A stretch of 62,480 bases of DNA, counting the filler. It is 3 parts of 3 records of this genome, joined end to end, with 100 filler letters (N's around TTAATTAATTAA, not from the genome) between each part and the next. Parts side by side here need not be neighbours in the genome. Positions count along the whole stretch, not along the records: positions 1 to 22,232 come from SRR22947725_829; positions 22,333 to 51,903 come from SRR22947725_840; 1 more part is not named here. One strand, given 5' to 3'. Position 1 is the first letter of the stretch. Each line of letters opens with the position of its first letter. The notes below the pieces were generated by a model, which was not told where the DNA came from, searched no databases, and saw nothing but the letters and a program-made list of their open reading frames with translations. The translations under genes and the position numbers were made by a program. This document shows positions 19,734-30,300 of this stretch, in pieces.

Positions 19734-21899
19734 TTAAGAATGCACTCTTTCAACAGAATCGACCTTTCTGAGTTTAAGAATAGCTTTCATAATCATTTCT
19801 AATTGAGATAAATCTCCAATCTTACAAATAATCCAAATATTTGCTAAACCTCCCTCAGTTACATCCGTTTTAACATCTACTATATTTACCTTATTTTTTG
19901 AAAATATGTCAGCAATCTTATTTAAAACACCAGCAGAATCAATACAAGTAATATGTATTTTTGCTTTGAAAGAAATATTCTTTTTTGTATCCCAATTTAC
20001 AGAAACGATTCTACCGCTTGACTCAGACAGTGAAGAGAGATTTGAACAAGAAAGTCTGTGGACAATAAGACCTCTTCCTCTTGATATATAACCTATAACA
20101 TCATCCCCTGGAATTGGGTTACAACATCTCCCATAATCAACAACCAAATTCTTTACACCGTCAAGATTAATTCCTTCGAAATCAGACCTTGCTGAATCGA
20201 TAAATTCTTTGTCATGTGAAACTTTATCTGGCGCTGTTTTAACATCTGGAAAAATTTTTGTTACTATATCTTTTATAGTCGATCCACCTCTCCCAAGATC
20301 TGATAATAAATCATTAAAATTCTTATATCCAAGATCATCGTAGCCTTTTTTAATTTCATCAATCCTGTCATATATTTTTAATTTTCGTAATCCTTTTTCA
20401 AGTAATTGATTACCTATTTTTATACTTTCTTCTAATTCAATCTTTCTTAAGTATTTCCCAATGTGATGTGATGCCTTTGAAGTTTTCACGAAGCTAAGCC
20501 AACCGCTATTTGGTTTTTGACTTTTACTTGTTTCCATTTCAACTATGTCTCCATTATTTAGTTTATAACTTAAAGGGACTAACTTTTTATTAACTTTAGC
20601 TCTAACACATGAAAAGCCTAACTCGCTATGTATTGCAAAAGCAAAATCTAATGGTGTTGATTCAACTGGAAGCTTAATTAAGTCACCTTTTGGAGTAAAA
20701 ATAAAAATTTCATCTTCAAACATATCAATTTTTAGAAGTTCAATAAGCTCTTCTGGATCACTGCTATCACTACTCATCATAGCTAATAAATCTCTGAGCC
20801 AAGGTACTTGTTGGTCAAAACTATCCATTTCAGCATTTCCCTTATACAGCCAATGTGCAGCTACTCCCACTTCTGCAGTGGAATCCATTTCCCTAGTCCT
20901 AATTTGTACTTCTGTCAACCTATTATCTTTTGTCATCACAGTAGTGTGGATAGATTGATAACCGTTCGTTTTAGGTGTAGCAATAAAATCTTTAAATCGT
21001 TCTTGTACTGGAGGATATATACTATGGATAACCCCTAACGCTAAATAACATTCTTCAATCTTATCTACAACGATTCGAATAGCATACAAATCATATATCT
21101 CGTCAAATTTCTTACTTCTTAACTGCATTTTTCTGTTGATTGAAGATATTGATTTATATCTACCAGAAATATCAGAATGAATTTTATATGATTCTAACTC
21201 TTTCTTGACAGGAGTAATGGTTGACTCTAAAATTTTTTTATTAGATTTTGATGAACCTTCAATTTTTTTCTTTATACCATTATAAGATCTTAAGTCTAAA
21301 CATTTCAAAGCTAAATCTTCAAATCTCCATTTAAGGTTTGCCATACCCAATCTATGAGCTAAAGGAACAAAAATTTCTTTTGTTTCTGATGCAATTTCTT
21401 TTCGCTTTTTTGAAGATAAATACTCGATTGTTTCCATGTTATTTAAGCGATCTGCAAACTTAATAATAATAACTCTTAGGTCTTTTGCTAATGAAAGAAA
21501 AAGTTTAGTAAAATTTTCAGCCTGTTTATGTTCTTGAGATCTAAATGCTATGTGATCAATTTTAGTAACTCCATCAACAAGAAAAGCTACATCACTGCCA
21601 AATTCTTTATCAATGTCCTCCAAGGAAACATCTGTATCTTCAACAACGTCATGCAATAAAGCACTTATGATAGTTGTGTAATCCATATTCCAATCCAATA
21701 GAATGTTAGCAACATCTATGCAGTGACTTACATAAGGTAGGCCTGATTTTCTTTTTTGTCCTTCATGCATTCTGACCGAGAAATCTAAGGCGCTTTGTAT
21801 AATAACCTTTTTATCTTTTGATGAGATTCTTGATAAAAGATGTTTACCTTTTTGATCTATGAGCTTTTGATGCGAGCTATCATGTTTGATAGATTTCAT
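19734..21899 (-). CDS. rel: bifunctional (p)ppGpp synthetase/hydrolase Rel (RelA/SpoT)
   Basis: HD domain HDVVED, RFKD, GYQSIHT, EVQIRT, TGS (FTPKG), CCNPIPGD and ACT domain. Confidence 0.96.
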   Translation of the reverse strand: MKSIKHDSSHQKLIDQKGKHLLSRISSKDKKVIIQSALDFSVRMHEGQKRKSGLPYVSHCIDVANILLDWNMDYTTIISALLHDVVEDTDVSLEDIDKEFGSDVAFLVDGVTKIDHIAFRSQEHKQAENFTKLFLSLAKDLRVIIIKFADRLNNMETIEYLSSKKRKEIASETKEIFVPLAHRLGMANLKWRFEDLALKCLDLRSYNGIKKKIEGSSKSNKKILESTITPVKKELESYKIHSDISGRYKSISSINRKMQLRSKKFDEIYDLYAIRIVVDKIEECYLALGVIHSIYPPVQERFKDFIATPKTNGYQSIHTTVMTKDNRLTEVQIRTREMDSTAEVGVAAHWLYKGNAEMDSFDQQVPWLRDLLAMMSSDSSDPEELIELLKIDMFEDEIFIFTPKGDLIKLPVESTPLDFAFAIHSELGFSCVRAKVNKKLVPLSYKLNNGDIVEMETSKSQKPNSGWLSFVKTSKASHHIGKYLRKIELEESIKIGNQLLEKGLRKLKIYDRIDEIKKGYDDLGYKNFNDLLSDLGRGGSTIKDIVTKIFPDVKTAPDKVSHDKEFIDSARSDFEGINLDGVKNLVVDYGRCCNPIPGDDVIGYISRGRGLIVHRLSCSNLSSLSESSGRIVSVNWDTKKNISFKAKIHITCIDSAGVLNKIADIFSKNKVNIVDVKTDVTEGGLANIWIICKIGDLSQLEMIMKAILKLRKVDSVERVHS

Positions 21900-22231
21900 T
21901 ATTCACTCATATCATTAGATTCAAAAAAATCAGAGTAATTTTCAAACCTTGTATATGCGTCTACAAAAGTGGCTCTTACAGTCTTTGTAGGACCATTTCT
22001 TTGTTTTGCTACAATTAAAAATGCTAATCCTTTTTCTTCATCTTTCTCGTTATATACATAAGGACGATAAAGGAAAATTACTACATCTGCATCTTGCTCA
22101 ATCGCACCACTTTCTCTAAGATCAGATAATTGAGGTCTTTTATCTGTTCTTGATTCTACTGCTCTTGAAAGCTGAGAGAGTGCAATAATAGGAATATCTA
22201 ATTCTTTAGCAAGCGCCTTTAAGGATTGAGT
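21899..22231 (-). CDS. dnaB: replicative DNA helicase, C-terminal fragment (5' end cut at linker; absent from ORF track)
   Basis: Hand translation [51 protein letters not shown]...IVAKQRNGP. Confidence 0.96.
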   Translation of the reverse strand, partial: TQSLKALAKELDIPIIALSQLSRAVESRTDKRPQLSDLRESGAIEQDADVVIFLYRPYVYNEKDEEKGLAFLIVAKQRNGPTKTVRATFVDAYTRFENYSDFFESNDMSE

Positions 22232-22232
22232 A

Positions 22233-22332
22233 NNNNNNNNNNNNNNNNNNNNNNNNNNNNNNNNNNNNNNNNNNNNTTAATTAATTAANNNNNNNNNNNN
22301 NNNNNNNNNNNNNNNNNNNNNNNNNNNNNNNN
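22233..22332. other. artificial contig linker N44-TTAATTAATTAA-N44
   Basis: N runs around a 12-mer with stops in all six frames. Genes on both sides are truncated. Confidence 0.97.
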
Positions 22333-22333
22333 G

Positions 22334-22972
22334 GGGCCAAATGGAGCAGGAAAAACTACTTCTTTTTATATGATCGTTGGCTTAATAAAGCCTAATGGAG
22401 GTAAAATTTATTTAGATAATCAAGAGATTACTAAATTTCCTATGTATAAGCGTGCTCAAAGCGGTATCGGTTATTTAGCACAAGAAGCGTCAGTTTTTAG
22501 AAAGTTAAGTGTAGAAAACAACATTTTAAGTGTACTACAACTAACTAAACTTTCAAAAAAACAACAATTAGAGAAAATGGAATCATTAATTGATGAATTT
22601 GGCCTTAATCACATAAGAAAAAATAGAGGGGATTTACTTTCAGGTGGAGAGAGAAGAAGAACAGAAATTGCTCGAGCATTAGCCACAAACCCAAGTTTTA
22701 TTTTATTAGACGAACCATTTGCTGGGGTAGATCCGGTAGCTGTAGAGGATATTCAAAGAATAATATCAAAATTAACTAAAAAAAATATAGGTATTCTGAT
22801 TACTGATCATAATGTTCAAGAAACATTAGCCATTACAGATAGGACATATTTAATGTTTGAAGGTAACATACTAAAAGATGGAAAGCCTGAAGAACTTGCA
22901 GAGGATGAAATTGTTAGAAAAGTATACTTAGGTCAAAATTTCGAGCTCAGAAAAAAACACTTAAACCTTTAA
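22334..22972 (+). CDS. lptB: LPS export ABC ATPase LptB, 5'-truncated
   Basis: Walker [10 protein letters not shown] starts at the linker edge. [17 protein letters not shown] and ITDHNV motifs. Confidence 0.95.
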   Translation, partial: GPNGAGKTTSFYMIVGLIKPNGGKIYLDNQEITKFPMYKRAQSGIGYLAQEASVFRKLSVENNILSVLQLTKLSKKQQLEKMESLIDEFGLNHIRKNRGDLLSGGERRRTEIARALATNPSFILLDEPFAGVDPVAVEDIQRIISKLTKKNIGILITDHNVQETLAITDRTYLMFEGNILKDGKPEELAEDEIVRKVYLGQNFELRKKHLNL

Positions 22973-22973
22973 A

Positions 22974-23687
22974 TTAGTTTCTAAAAGCTAAAAAAGAGGT
23001 TAAAAAATAAATCAAGAAGATTACAGGAATAGAAATATAACTCATTGTAAAAAATAGTATAAAGGAAATTACAATAATAAAATAACGAGAGTTGTTTAAT
23101 CTATTAAAATTATAATCATCAAATTTTAACGAAATAAACTTATAATTTGAATTCATCAAAAAACTTGATACAAGGACAACTGCTATTAGTAGAAAATCAT
23201 TTGTAATTATATCAATGACAATCTGATGATTACTAGAATGAAATATTAACAACAATGATAATATTAGTATTGTATTAGCAGGAACAGGTAATCCTATAAA
23301 AAAGTTTTTTGAATTTTCTTGAATATTAAATTTAGCTAGCCTGTATGCTGAAGAAATAGTAATTATAAAAGCAAAATAAGCAAACCACTCATTAGAAATA
23401 ATTGAAAAAGTCAAATCATTAGGTATTTTAAACAACCTGAAAATAATAATTCCTGGAACTAAACCACTAGTGATTAAGTCAGCTAAAGAGTCTAATTCTA
23501 ATCCTAATTTAGATTGAATATTTAGCTTTCTAGCAAAAAAACCATCCAAAAAATCAAATACTATTCCTGTAAAAATAATTAGAGTGGCTAAATAAATATT
23601 AATTTCATTTTCAAATAATAAAACTGTAGCTATACATCCACATAAAAGATTCAATAGGGTAAATAAATTAGGTATATGTTTTATCAT
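22974..23687 (-). CDS. pssA: CDP-diacylglycerol--serine O-phosphatidyltransferase family
   Basis: IPNLFTLLNL, DFLDGFFAR...GLELDSLAD, RLAKFN and FIGLPVPA motifs. Confidence 0.85.
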   Translation of the reverse strand: MIKHIPNLFTLLNLLCGCIATVLLFENEINIYLATLIIFTGIVFDFLDGFFARKLNIQSKLGLELDSLADLITSGLVPGIIIFRLFKIPNDLTFSIISNEWFAYFAFIITISSAYRLAKFNIQENSKNFFIGLPVPANTILILSLLLIFHSSNHQIVIDIITNDFLLIAVVLVSSFLMNSNYKFISLKFDDYNFNRLNNSRYFIIVISFILFFTMSYISIPVIFLIYFLTSFLAFRN

Positions 23688-23775
23688 TATAGTAATTTAA
23701 ATGTAAAAGTAATAAACTAATTTTGTTATTATTATTATAAACACAATAAGCTTTAGTTTAGTTTGTTTTTAAAGT

Positions 23776-24843
23776 ATGAAGTTTTTACAATATTTTGTTT
23801 TCTTGTTTTTTGTTCTAAGCCATTCACAAAACAATTCAAAATACTCAAATGAGTTTATGAATATTGGTGTTGATGCATCTTCCATTTCAATGAGTGGTGC
23901 AGTAACTTCCTCAATTAACGATGTGAACTCTGGATATTGGAATCCTGCTGGATTGACAGCAGTTGAACAAGGTGAAATATCATTAATGCACTCAAATTAC
24001 TTTGCAAACATTGCAAATTATAATTACATAGCTTATGCTAAACCTATTGATAATCAATCTGCAATTGGATTATCAATGATAAGGTTTGGAGTTGATGATA
24101 TTTTAGACACTACTAAATTAATTGACGATCAAGGAAATATTAATTATGACAGAATTAACTTATTTTCTGCAGTCGATTATGGATTCATTATATCTTATGC
24201 AAGAAAAATGTTAACTAAAGAAATTAGTTATGGAATAAATACTAAAATAATTAGAAGAATCATTGGTGATTTTGCGTCTTCATGGGGTTTTGGCTTAGAC
24301 ATTGGGTTACAATTAAAAACATCAAACAATTGGAGGTTTGGATTAATGGCTAGAGATATTAGCACAACATATAATTCATGGTCAATTAATGAAACCAGAT
24401 TGATCGATATTCAAAATGCAATTGATGGTCAAAATCAAGATGTACCTAATTCAACTGAGATAACAATACCCAAAATTCAATTAGGTATATCAAAATTACA
24501 TAATATTAATTATGATTATAGCTTACTTACTTCAGTTGATTTAATTATGAAATTTGAGCAAAACAACAATCTCATATCTTCAGAATTTGTTAGTATTAAT
24601 CCAGCAATTGGTTTAGAACTAGGTTATACAGATTCCGTGTTTTTTAGACTTGGAATAGGAAATTTTCAAAATGAAATAGGTTTTGATAATAGTACTAATT
24701 TGACTTTTCAACCAAATTTTGGTTTAGGGTTTAAATTTAATAATTTAGAAATTGACTATGCGTTCACAGACATAAGTGACCAAAGTGTTGCTCTATACTC
24801 AAATATATTTTCTTTAAAAATTGATTTTGATATATTTAGATAA
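23776..24843 (+). CDS. PorV/PorV2-like type IX secretion outer-membrane protein
   Basis: KYSNEFMNIGV, YWNPAGL, IDYAFTD and YSNIFSL motifs, a beta-barrel pattern typical of Bacteroidota PorV2. Confidence 0.82.
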   Translation: MKFLQYFVFLFFVLSHSQNNSKYSNEFMNIGVDASSISMSGAVTSSINDVNSGYWNPAGLTAVEQGEISLMHSNYFANIANYNYIAYAKPIDNQSAIGLSMIRFGVDDILDTTKLIDDQGNINYDRINLFSAVDYGFIISYARKMLTKEISYGINTKIIRRIIGDFASSWGFGLDIGLQLKTSNNWRFGLMARDISTTYNSWSINETRLIDIQNAIDGQNQDVPNSTEITIPKIQLGISKLHNINYDYSLLTSVDLIMKFEQNNNLISSEFVSINPAIGLELGYTDSVFFRLGIGNFQNEIGFDNSTNLTFQPNFGLGFKFNNLEIDYAFTDISDQSVALYSNIFSLKIDFDIFR

Positions 24844-24845
24844 TT

Positions 24846-26036
24846 ATGAAAAGTAAAATTTTTACAATCTTATTTTTTTTCTCAACAGTTCTAGCAGCTG
24901 AAACAAAAGATTATGTTATTAGTGTCCTTACAATCGGTCCAGGTAGTTCATTAAGTGATTCTTTCGGACATAGTGCAATAAGAGTTCAAGATAAATCAAA
25001 AAACTATGACCTTGTTTTTAACTATGGGGTATATGATTTTAATGACCCTAACTTCTATTCAAATTTCATTAAGGGATACCTTAATTACAGTCTAGGAGTA
25101 AGTTACTATAAAGACTTCAAATCTAGTTATATTTCTAATAACAGATCTATAAAAGAGCAAGTTTTATTATTACCAGATGTATTAAACAGAAAAATAGCTG
25201 ATAGACTAATTTTTAACTCAAAACCTGAAAACAAAAACTATCGCTATGATTATTTTTCAAATAATTGTTCAACAATAATTAAAGATATAATTGATGAGTC
25301 TTTAATTGATTATGATTATGAAAACGACTACATTGTTGAAAATAAAGGTAAAAATACCTACAGAAATTTGATATATGAAAACATCAACAAAAATAGCTGG
25401 GGCTCATTAGGAATTGACATATGCCTAGGCTCATATATAGATCAAGAAATAGATGTAAAAAAAAACACTTTCTTACCTGAATATTTATTTGAGTATTTAA
25501 ATTCATCATACTATAAACATCCAGATCTTAGCAATAAAATAAAACTTGTAAAAAAAAATAATTTTATAAATTATGAGAATAAAGAATTTCAAAACTTAAA
25601 TAGTAACAATTTATTTTATTCTCCTTTATTTATTTTTATAATCATATCTATTTTCTTGTTATTTTTAAGTTTAAGAGATCTTAATAATAAAGCCATACAC
25701 CTAATATTGCAATCAACTCACATTATAACTTCAGCAATTGGTTTTTTACTTTTATTTTTATGGTTCTTTACTGATCATTTCACTTCTGCATACAATTACA
25801 ACTTACTTTGGGCTAATCCATTAAATATAATTTTAATATTTAAGTCTATTAATAAAAAGTGGAAAATAGCTTTACTAAAATTATTATTACTTTCATTAGC
25901 TCTAATTGTGCTACATTCAATAACAAATGTTCAAGTTTTTAATATTAGTTTATATCCGTTTTTTATTTTTTTAGCTTTTAGATATTTACAACTTATTAAG
26001 TATTATTCAAAACATGATGATCTACAAATTATTTAG
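24846..26036 (+). CDS. DUF4105 / Lnb N-terminal domain membrane protein
   Basis: FGHSAIR, FNYGVYDF, YDYFSNNCST, FLP and NLLWANP motifs. Confidence 0.82.
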   Translation: MKSKIFTILFFFSTVLAAETKDYVISVLTIGPGSSLSDSFGHSAIRVQDKSKNYDLVFNYGVYDFNDPNFYSNFIKGYLNYSLGVSYYKDFKSSYISNNRSIKEQVLLLPDVLNRKIADRLIFNSKPENKNYRYDYFSNNCSTIIKDIIDESLIDYDYENDYIVENKGKNTYRNLIYENINKNSWGSLGIDICLGSYIDQEIDVKKNTFLPEYLFEYLNSSYYKHPDLSNKIKLVKKNNFINYENKEFQNLNSNNLFYSPLFIFIIISIFLLFLSLRDLNNKAIHLILQSTHIITSAIGFLLLFLWFFTDHFTSAYNYNLLWANPLNIILIFKSINKKWKIALLKLLLLSLALIVLHSITNVQVFNISLYPFFIFLAFRYLQLIKYYSKHDDLQII

Positions 26037-26427
26037 ATACGTTTCTTTTTTTGTTAGTTCTATTGATCAATACTCTGTACATTCTCCAATAGTTTTTAAG
26101 CTCTTAATCGAGTGTATTTACAAAATAGATAAAAAGCTTATTTTAAAAGATCTGTCTATCTTAGAAAAAAACATTAGAGATATATATCTAGATGAATTTG
26201 AAGTTAATTATATTGATAATATATTATCTGTTAACATCAGTGAGTTTGTATTAAAAGGAGACAGAATTATAATCATAAAAAACATAAGAAAGAAAAATGA
26301 ATATTATCTTTGGAAAAAAATAATCCTAGATAATAAAATTAAAGTAAGTTTAGATTTTTATTATTTTGGATTAATTATTAACAAAAGTAAAAATCTACAA
26401 AAACAAGATTATCAGATTAGATTATAA
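26014..26427 (+). CDS. short derivative of the flavobacterial SAM-methyltransferase family, lacking the SAM core
   Basis: N-terminal VHSPIVF and C-terminal VSLDFYYFGLI...QKQDYQIR match the ends of the longer family found upstream of pduO in Flavobacteria. Confidence 0.55.
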   Translation: MMIYKLFRYVSFFVSSIDQYSVHSPIVFKLLIECIYKIDKKLILKDLSILEKNIRDIYLDEFEVNYIDNILSVNISEFVLKGDRIIIIKNIRKKNEYYLWKKIILDNKIKVSLDFYYFGLIINKSKNLQKQDYQIRL

Positions 26428-26462
26428 TAAATTGTATATTTAAATATCTTTAAAATAAAGTC

Positions 26463-27011
26463 ATGAAAATTTACACTAAAAGTGGTGATAAAGGAAAAAC
26501 TTCTTTGATTGGAGGAAAAAGAGTTAGTAAAGACGATATTCAAATTGATGCATACGGAACAATTGATGAATTAAATTCTAACCTAGGATTATTAAGAGAT
26601 TATTGCTCTAAAGAAAGTGATAAAAGTTTTATTTTAAATATTCAAAAAGATTTATTTATAATTGGCTCTTTATTAGCTTTAGATTATTCAACAAAAAGTA
26701 ATGAAGAGCACATTGATTTTTCACAAAACAAAATTATTATAATCGAGAATAAAATAGATGAAATTGATTCAAACCTACCTAAAATGACCAACTTTATTAT
26801 TCCTGGTGGTCATGTAACAGTTTCTACTTGTCATATATCTAGATGTATTTGTAGAAGAGCTGAAAGAAAATGTATCAAGTTTGCGAAACAATTTGAATTA
26901 AATAATGACATTTTAATATATTTAAATAGACTTTCTGACTATTTATTTGTTTTATCTAGAAAGATTAGTTTAGACACAAATACTCAAGAAATTAAGTGGG
27001 TTAACAAGTAA
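26463..27011 (+). CDS. PduO-type cob(I)alamin adenosyltransferase
   Basis: KIYTKSGDKGKTSL, AYGTIDELNS, FIIPGG, CRRAER and YLNRLSDYLF motifs. Confidence 0.95.
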   Translation: MKIYTKSGDKGKTSLIGGKRVSKDDIQIDAYGTIDELNSNLGLLRDYCSKESDKSFILNIQKDLFIIGSLLALDYSTKSNEEHIDFSQNKIIIIENKIDEIDSNLPKMTNFIIPGGHVTVSTCHISRCICRRAERKCIKFAKQFELNNDILIYLNRLSDYLFVLSRKISLDTNTQEIKWVNK

Positions 27012-27033
27012 TTGTGAAATAATATTAAAATAA

Positions 27034-27064
27034 TTTGTGTAATTCCATTAAAAATTTATTTTTG
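27034..27064 (+). promoter_or_regulatory. Bacteroidota sigma-A promoter (-33 TTTG / -7 TAnnTTTG)
   Basis: TTTG (27034-37), N19, TATTTTTG (27057-64), upstream of the DUF2795 gene. Confidence 0.8.
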
Positions 27065-27085
27065 CAAATTACTAAATGATATATT

Positions 27086-27307
27086 ATGTATTGGACACTA
27101 GAATTAGCATCTTTTTTAAGTGATGCTCCTTGGCCAGCAACAAAAGATGAGTTAATTGATTATTCTATTAGAACTGGTTCACCGTTAGAAGTTGTTGAAA
27201 ATCTTCAATCAATTGAAGATGAAGGTGATCTATATGAATCAATTCAAGAGATTTGGCCAGACTACCCAACTGATGAAGATTATCTTTGGAACGAAGATGA
27301 ATACTAA
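27086..27307 (+). CDS. DUF2795 domain protein
   Basis: MYWTLELASFLSDAPWPATKDELIDY, a highly conserved Bacteroidota small protein. Confidence 0.9.
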   Translation: MYWTLELASFLSDAPWPATKDELIDYSIRTGSPLEVVENLQSIEDEGDLYESIQEIWPDYPTDEDYLWNEDEY

Positions 27308-27309
27308 AT

Positions 27310-27335
27310 AAAAAGTCTCTTACGAGGCTTTTTTT
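27310..27335 (+). terminator. intrinsic terminator
   Basis: AAAAGTCTC-TTAC-GAGGCTTTT stem-loop followed by a T run, right after the stop codon. Confidence 0.75.
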
Positions 27336-27372
27336 ATTTAATCATTTTCTTCAAAAGAAAAGCTACATATTG

Positions 27373-27380
27373 TATCTTTG
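27373..27380 (+). promoter_or_regulatory. -7 promoter element of secA
   Basis: TATCTTTG 19 nt before the ATG. Confidence 0.65.
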
Positions 27381-27399
27381 AATTCTATTAAAAAAAATT

Positions 27400-30300
27400 A
27401 TGAGTTTTTTAAATTCAATACTTAAAATTTTCGTAGGTGATAAATCTAAACAAGATGTTAAAAAGATTTCCCCTGTTGTTAAATCAATAATTTCTTTAGA
27501 TGAAAAAGTGTCTTTGCTTTCTAACGACGAATTAAGAAATAAAACTCAAGATTTTAAATCTTTAATTAATGATTCTTCCAAATCTCTTAATGATCAAATT
27601 GTCAAATTAGAATCTGAAGTTGATTTAACTCAAGATTTTGACAAAAAGGAAAACTTATACAATGAGATTGACAAATTAAAGGACGAAATATATCTTTTAA
27701 CAGAGAAAACTTTAAATGAGATTTTGCCAGAAGCATATGCAGTAATTAAAGAAACTGCTAAACGATTTAAAAATAATAAGCAAATAAAAGTTAAAGCTAA
27801 CAACTTTGACAGAGAAATTTCTGGAACCAGAGACTACGTCAATCTTGATAATGATTATGCAATTTGGAATAATTCATGGGATGCAGCAGGAAAACCAATC
27901 ACTTGGGACATGGTACATTATGATGTTCAACTTATTGGAGGCATTGCTATGCACCAAGGAAAAATTGCTGAAATGCAAACTGGTGAAGGTAAAACCTTAG
28001 TAGCTACACTTCCAGTCTACTTAAATGCTCTTTCAGGAAAAGGGGTCCACTTGGTTACTGTAAATGATTACTTAGCTAAAAGAGATAGTGCGTGGATGGC
28101 TCCAATATACGAGTTTCACGGCTTAAGTGTTGACTGTATTGATTATTATAAGCCTAATTCTGAAGAAAGAAAAAAAGCATACCAAGCTGACATTACATTT
28201 GGCACAAATAATGAATTTGGATTTGATTATTTAAGAGACAACATGGCTAATTCCCCTGATGATTTAGTTCAAAGACCACACAATTATGCAATTGTTGATG
28301 AAGTTGATTCAGTTTTAGTGGATGATGCAAGAACTCCATTAATAATTTCAGGAGCAACACCAAAAGGAGATGTTCATGAATTTAATGAATTAAAACCAAA
28401 AATTGAAAGTATCGTTTCTGTTCAAAGAAAATATTTGACTAGTTTATTATCTGAAGCAAAAAAAATGATTTTGGATGGAGACGAAGAAGAAGGTTCATTC
28501 AATTTACTAAGAGTGTATAGGGGTATTCCTAAAAATAAAGCATTAATAAAATTTCTAAGTGAAGAAGGAGTAAAACAGTTACTTCAAAAAACTGAGAACT
28601 TTTATATGCAAGATAATAATAGGGAAATGCCTAAAATAGACAAAGAACTATATTACGTAATTGATGAAAAAAATAATCAAATTGATCTAACTGACAAGGG
28701 AATTGAGTTTTTGTCAGGAAAAGATGATCCTAATTTTTTTATTATGCCAGAAATAGGCATTGAGGTATCAAAAATTGAATCACAAAATTTTGAAGCTAAA
28801 AAAGAAGCTAGTCTTAAGGAGAGTCTTTATCGTGATTTTGGAATTAAATCTGAAAGAATCCATACTCTTAGTCAATTATTAAAAGCATATGCATTATTTG
28901 AGAAAGACACTCAGTATGTTGTTATGGAAAATAAGGTTATGATTGTAGATGAGCAGACTGGTAGGATAATGGATGGAAGAAGATACAGTGATGGATTACA
29001 CCAAGCTATAGAAGCTAAAGAAAATGTAAAAATCGAAGCTGCTACTCAAACATTTGCTACGATCACTCTACAAAACTATTTCCGAATGTATAAAAAGCTT
29101 TCTGGAATGACTGGTACAGCCGTCACAGAAGCTGGGGAATTATGGGAAATATATAAATTGGATGTTGTTGAAATACCTACAAACAGGCCAATTGCTAGAG
29201 ACGATAGAGAGGATTTGATTTATAAAACTAAAAGAGAAAAGTATAATGGTGTTATTGATGAGGTAACAAAACTATCCAAAGAAGGTAGACCTATACTTAT
29301 TGGTACGACATCAGTTGAAATTAGTGAAGTTTTAGGTAAAATGTTAGGAATAAGAAATGTACCTCATAATATTTTAAATGCAAAATTACACAAAAAAGAG
29401 GCAGATATTGTTTCTCAAGCTGGTAATCCTGGACAAGTAACTATAGCTACTAACATGGCAGGTAGAGGTACTGATATTAAATTATCAGAACAGGTTAAGA
29501 ACAATGGAGGATTGGCGATAATTGGTACTGAGCGTCATGACTCTAGAAGAGTCGATAGACAACTAAGAGGTAGAGCAGGAAGACAAGGAGATCCAGGAAG
29601 CTCCCAATTTTATGTTTCATTAGAGGATAATTTAATGAGATTATTCGGAAGTGATAAAATCGCTAAATTGATGGATAGAATGGGTCTAGAAGAGGGAGAA
29701 GTGATACAGCACTCGATGATCACCAAGTCAATTGAAAGAGCACAGAAAAAAGTTGAGGAAAACAATTTCGGAATTCGAAAGAGACTTTTAGAATATGATG
29801 ATGTAATGAGTGCTCAGAGAGAGGTTGTTTATAAAAGAAGATACAATGCTTTATTTGGAGATAGATTAAAAGTTGATATTGCTAATATGATTTACGATAC
29901 TACTGAAATCATAGTTGAAAATAATAAATTAGAAAATGATTATAAAAATTTTGAATTTGAATTAATTAGATACTTTTCTTTCAAAACAAATATATCAAAT
30001 GAGCAATTTTCTTCAATGTCAGCGGAGGAAATTACAGACCAAATATACAATGCTGCATTAAAACATTATTTAGAAAAAATCCAAGAGAGTGCTTTATTAG
30101 CATTTCCAGTAATAAAAAATGTTTACGAAACCCAAAAAGATAAGTTTAAAAGAATAGTTGTTCCTTTTACAGATGGAATTAAAACTCTTCAAGTTATAAC
30201 TGATTTAGAAAAGGCTTATAATTCAAAAGGGGAGCAACTTGTTAAAGATTTTGAAAAAAATATTTCTTTAGCAATAATAGACGATTCTTGGAAAACTCAT

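Noticed and set aside
22277-22288. TTAATTAATTAA repeated at 22277 and 51948 as a biological repeat or att site
   Set aside because: Embedded in symmetric N44 runs. It is an artificial six-frame-stop joiner.
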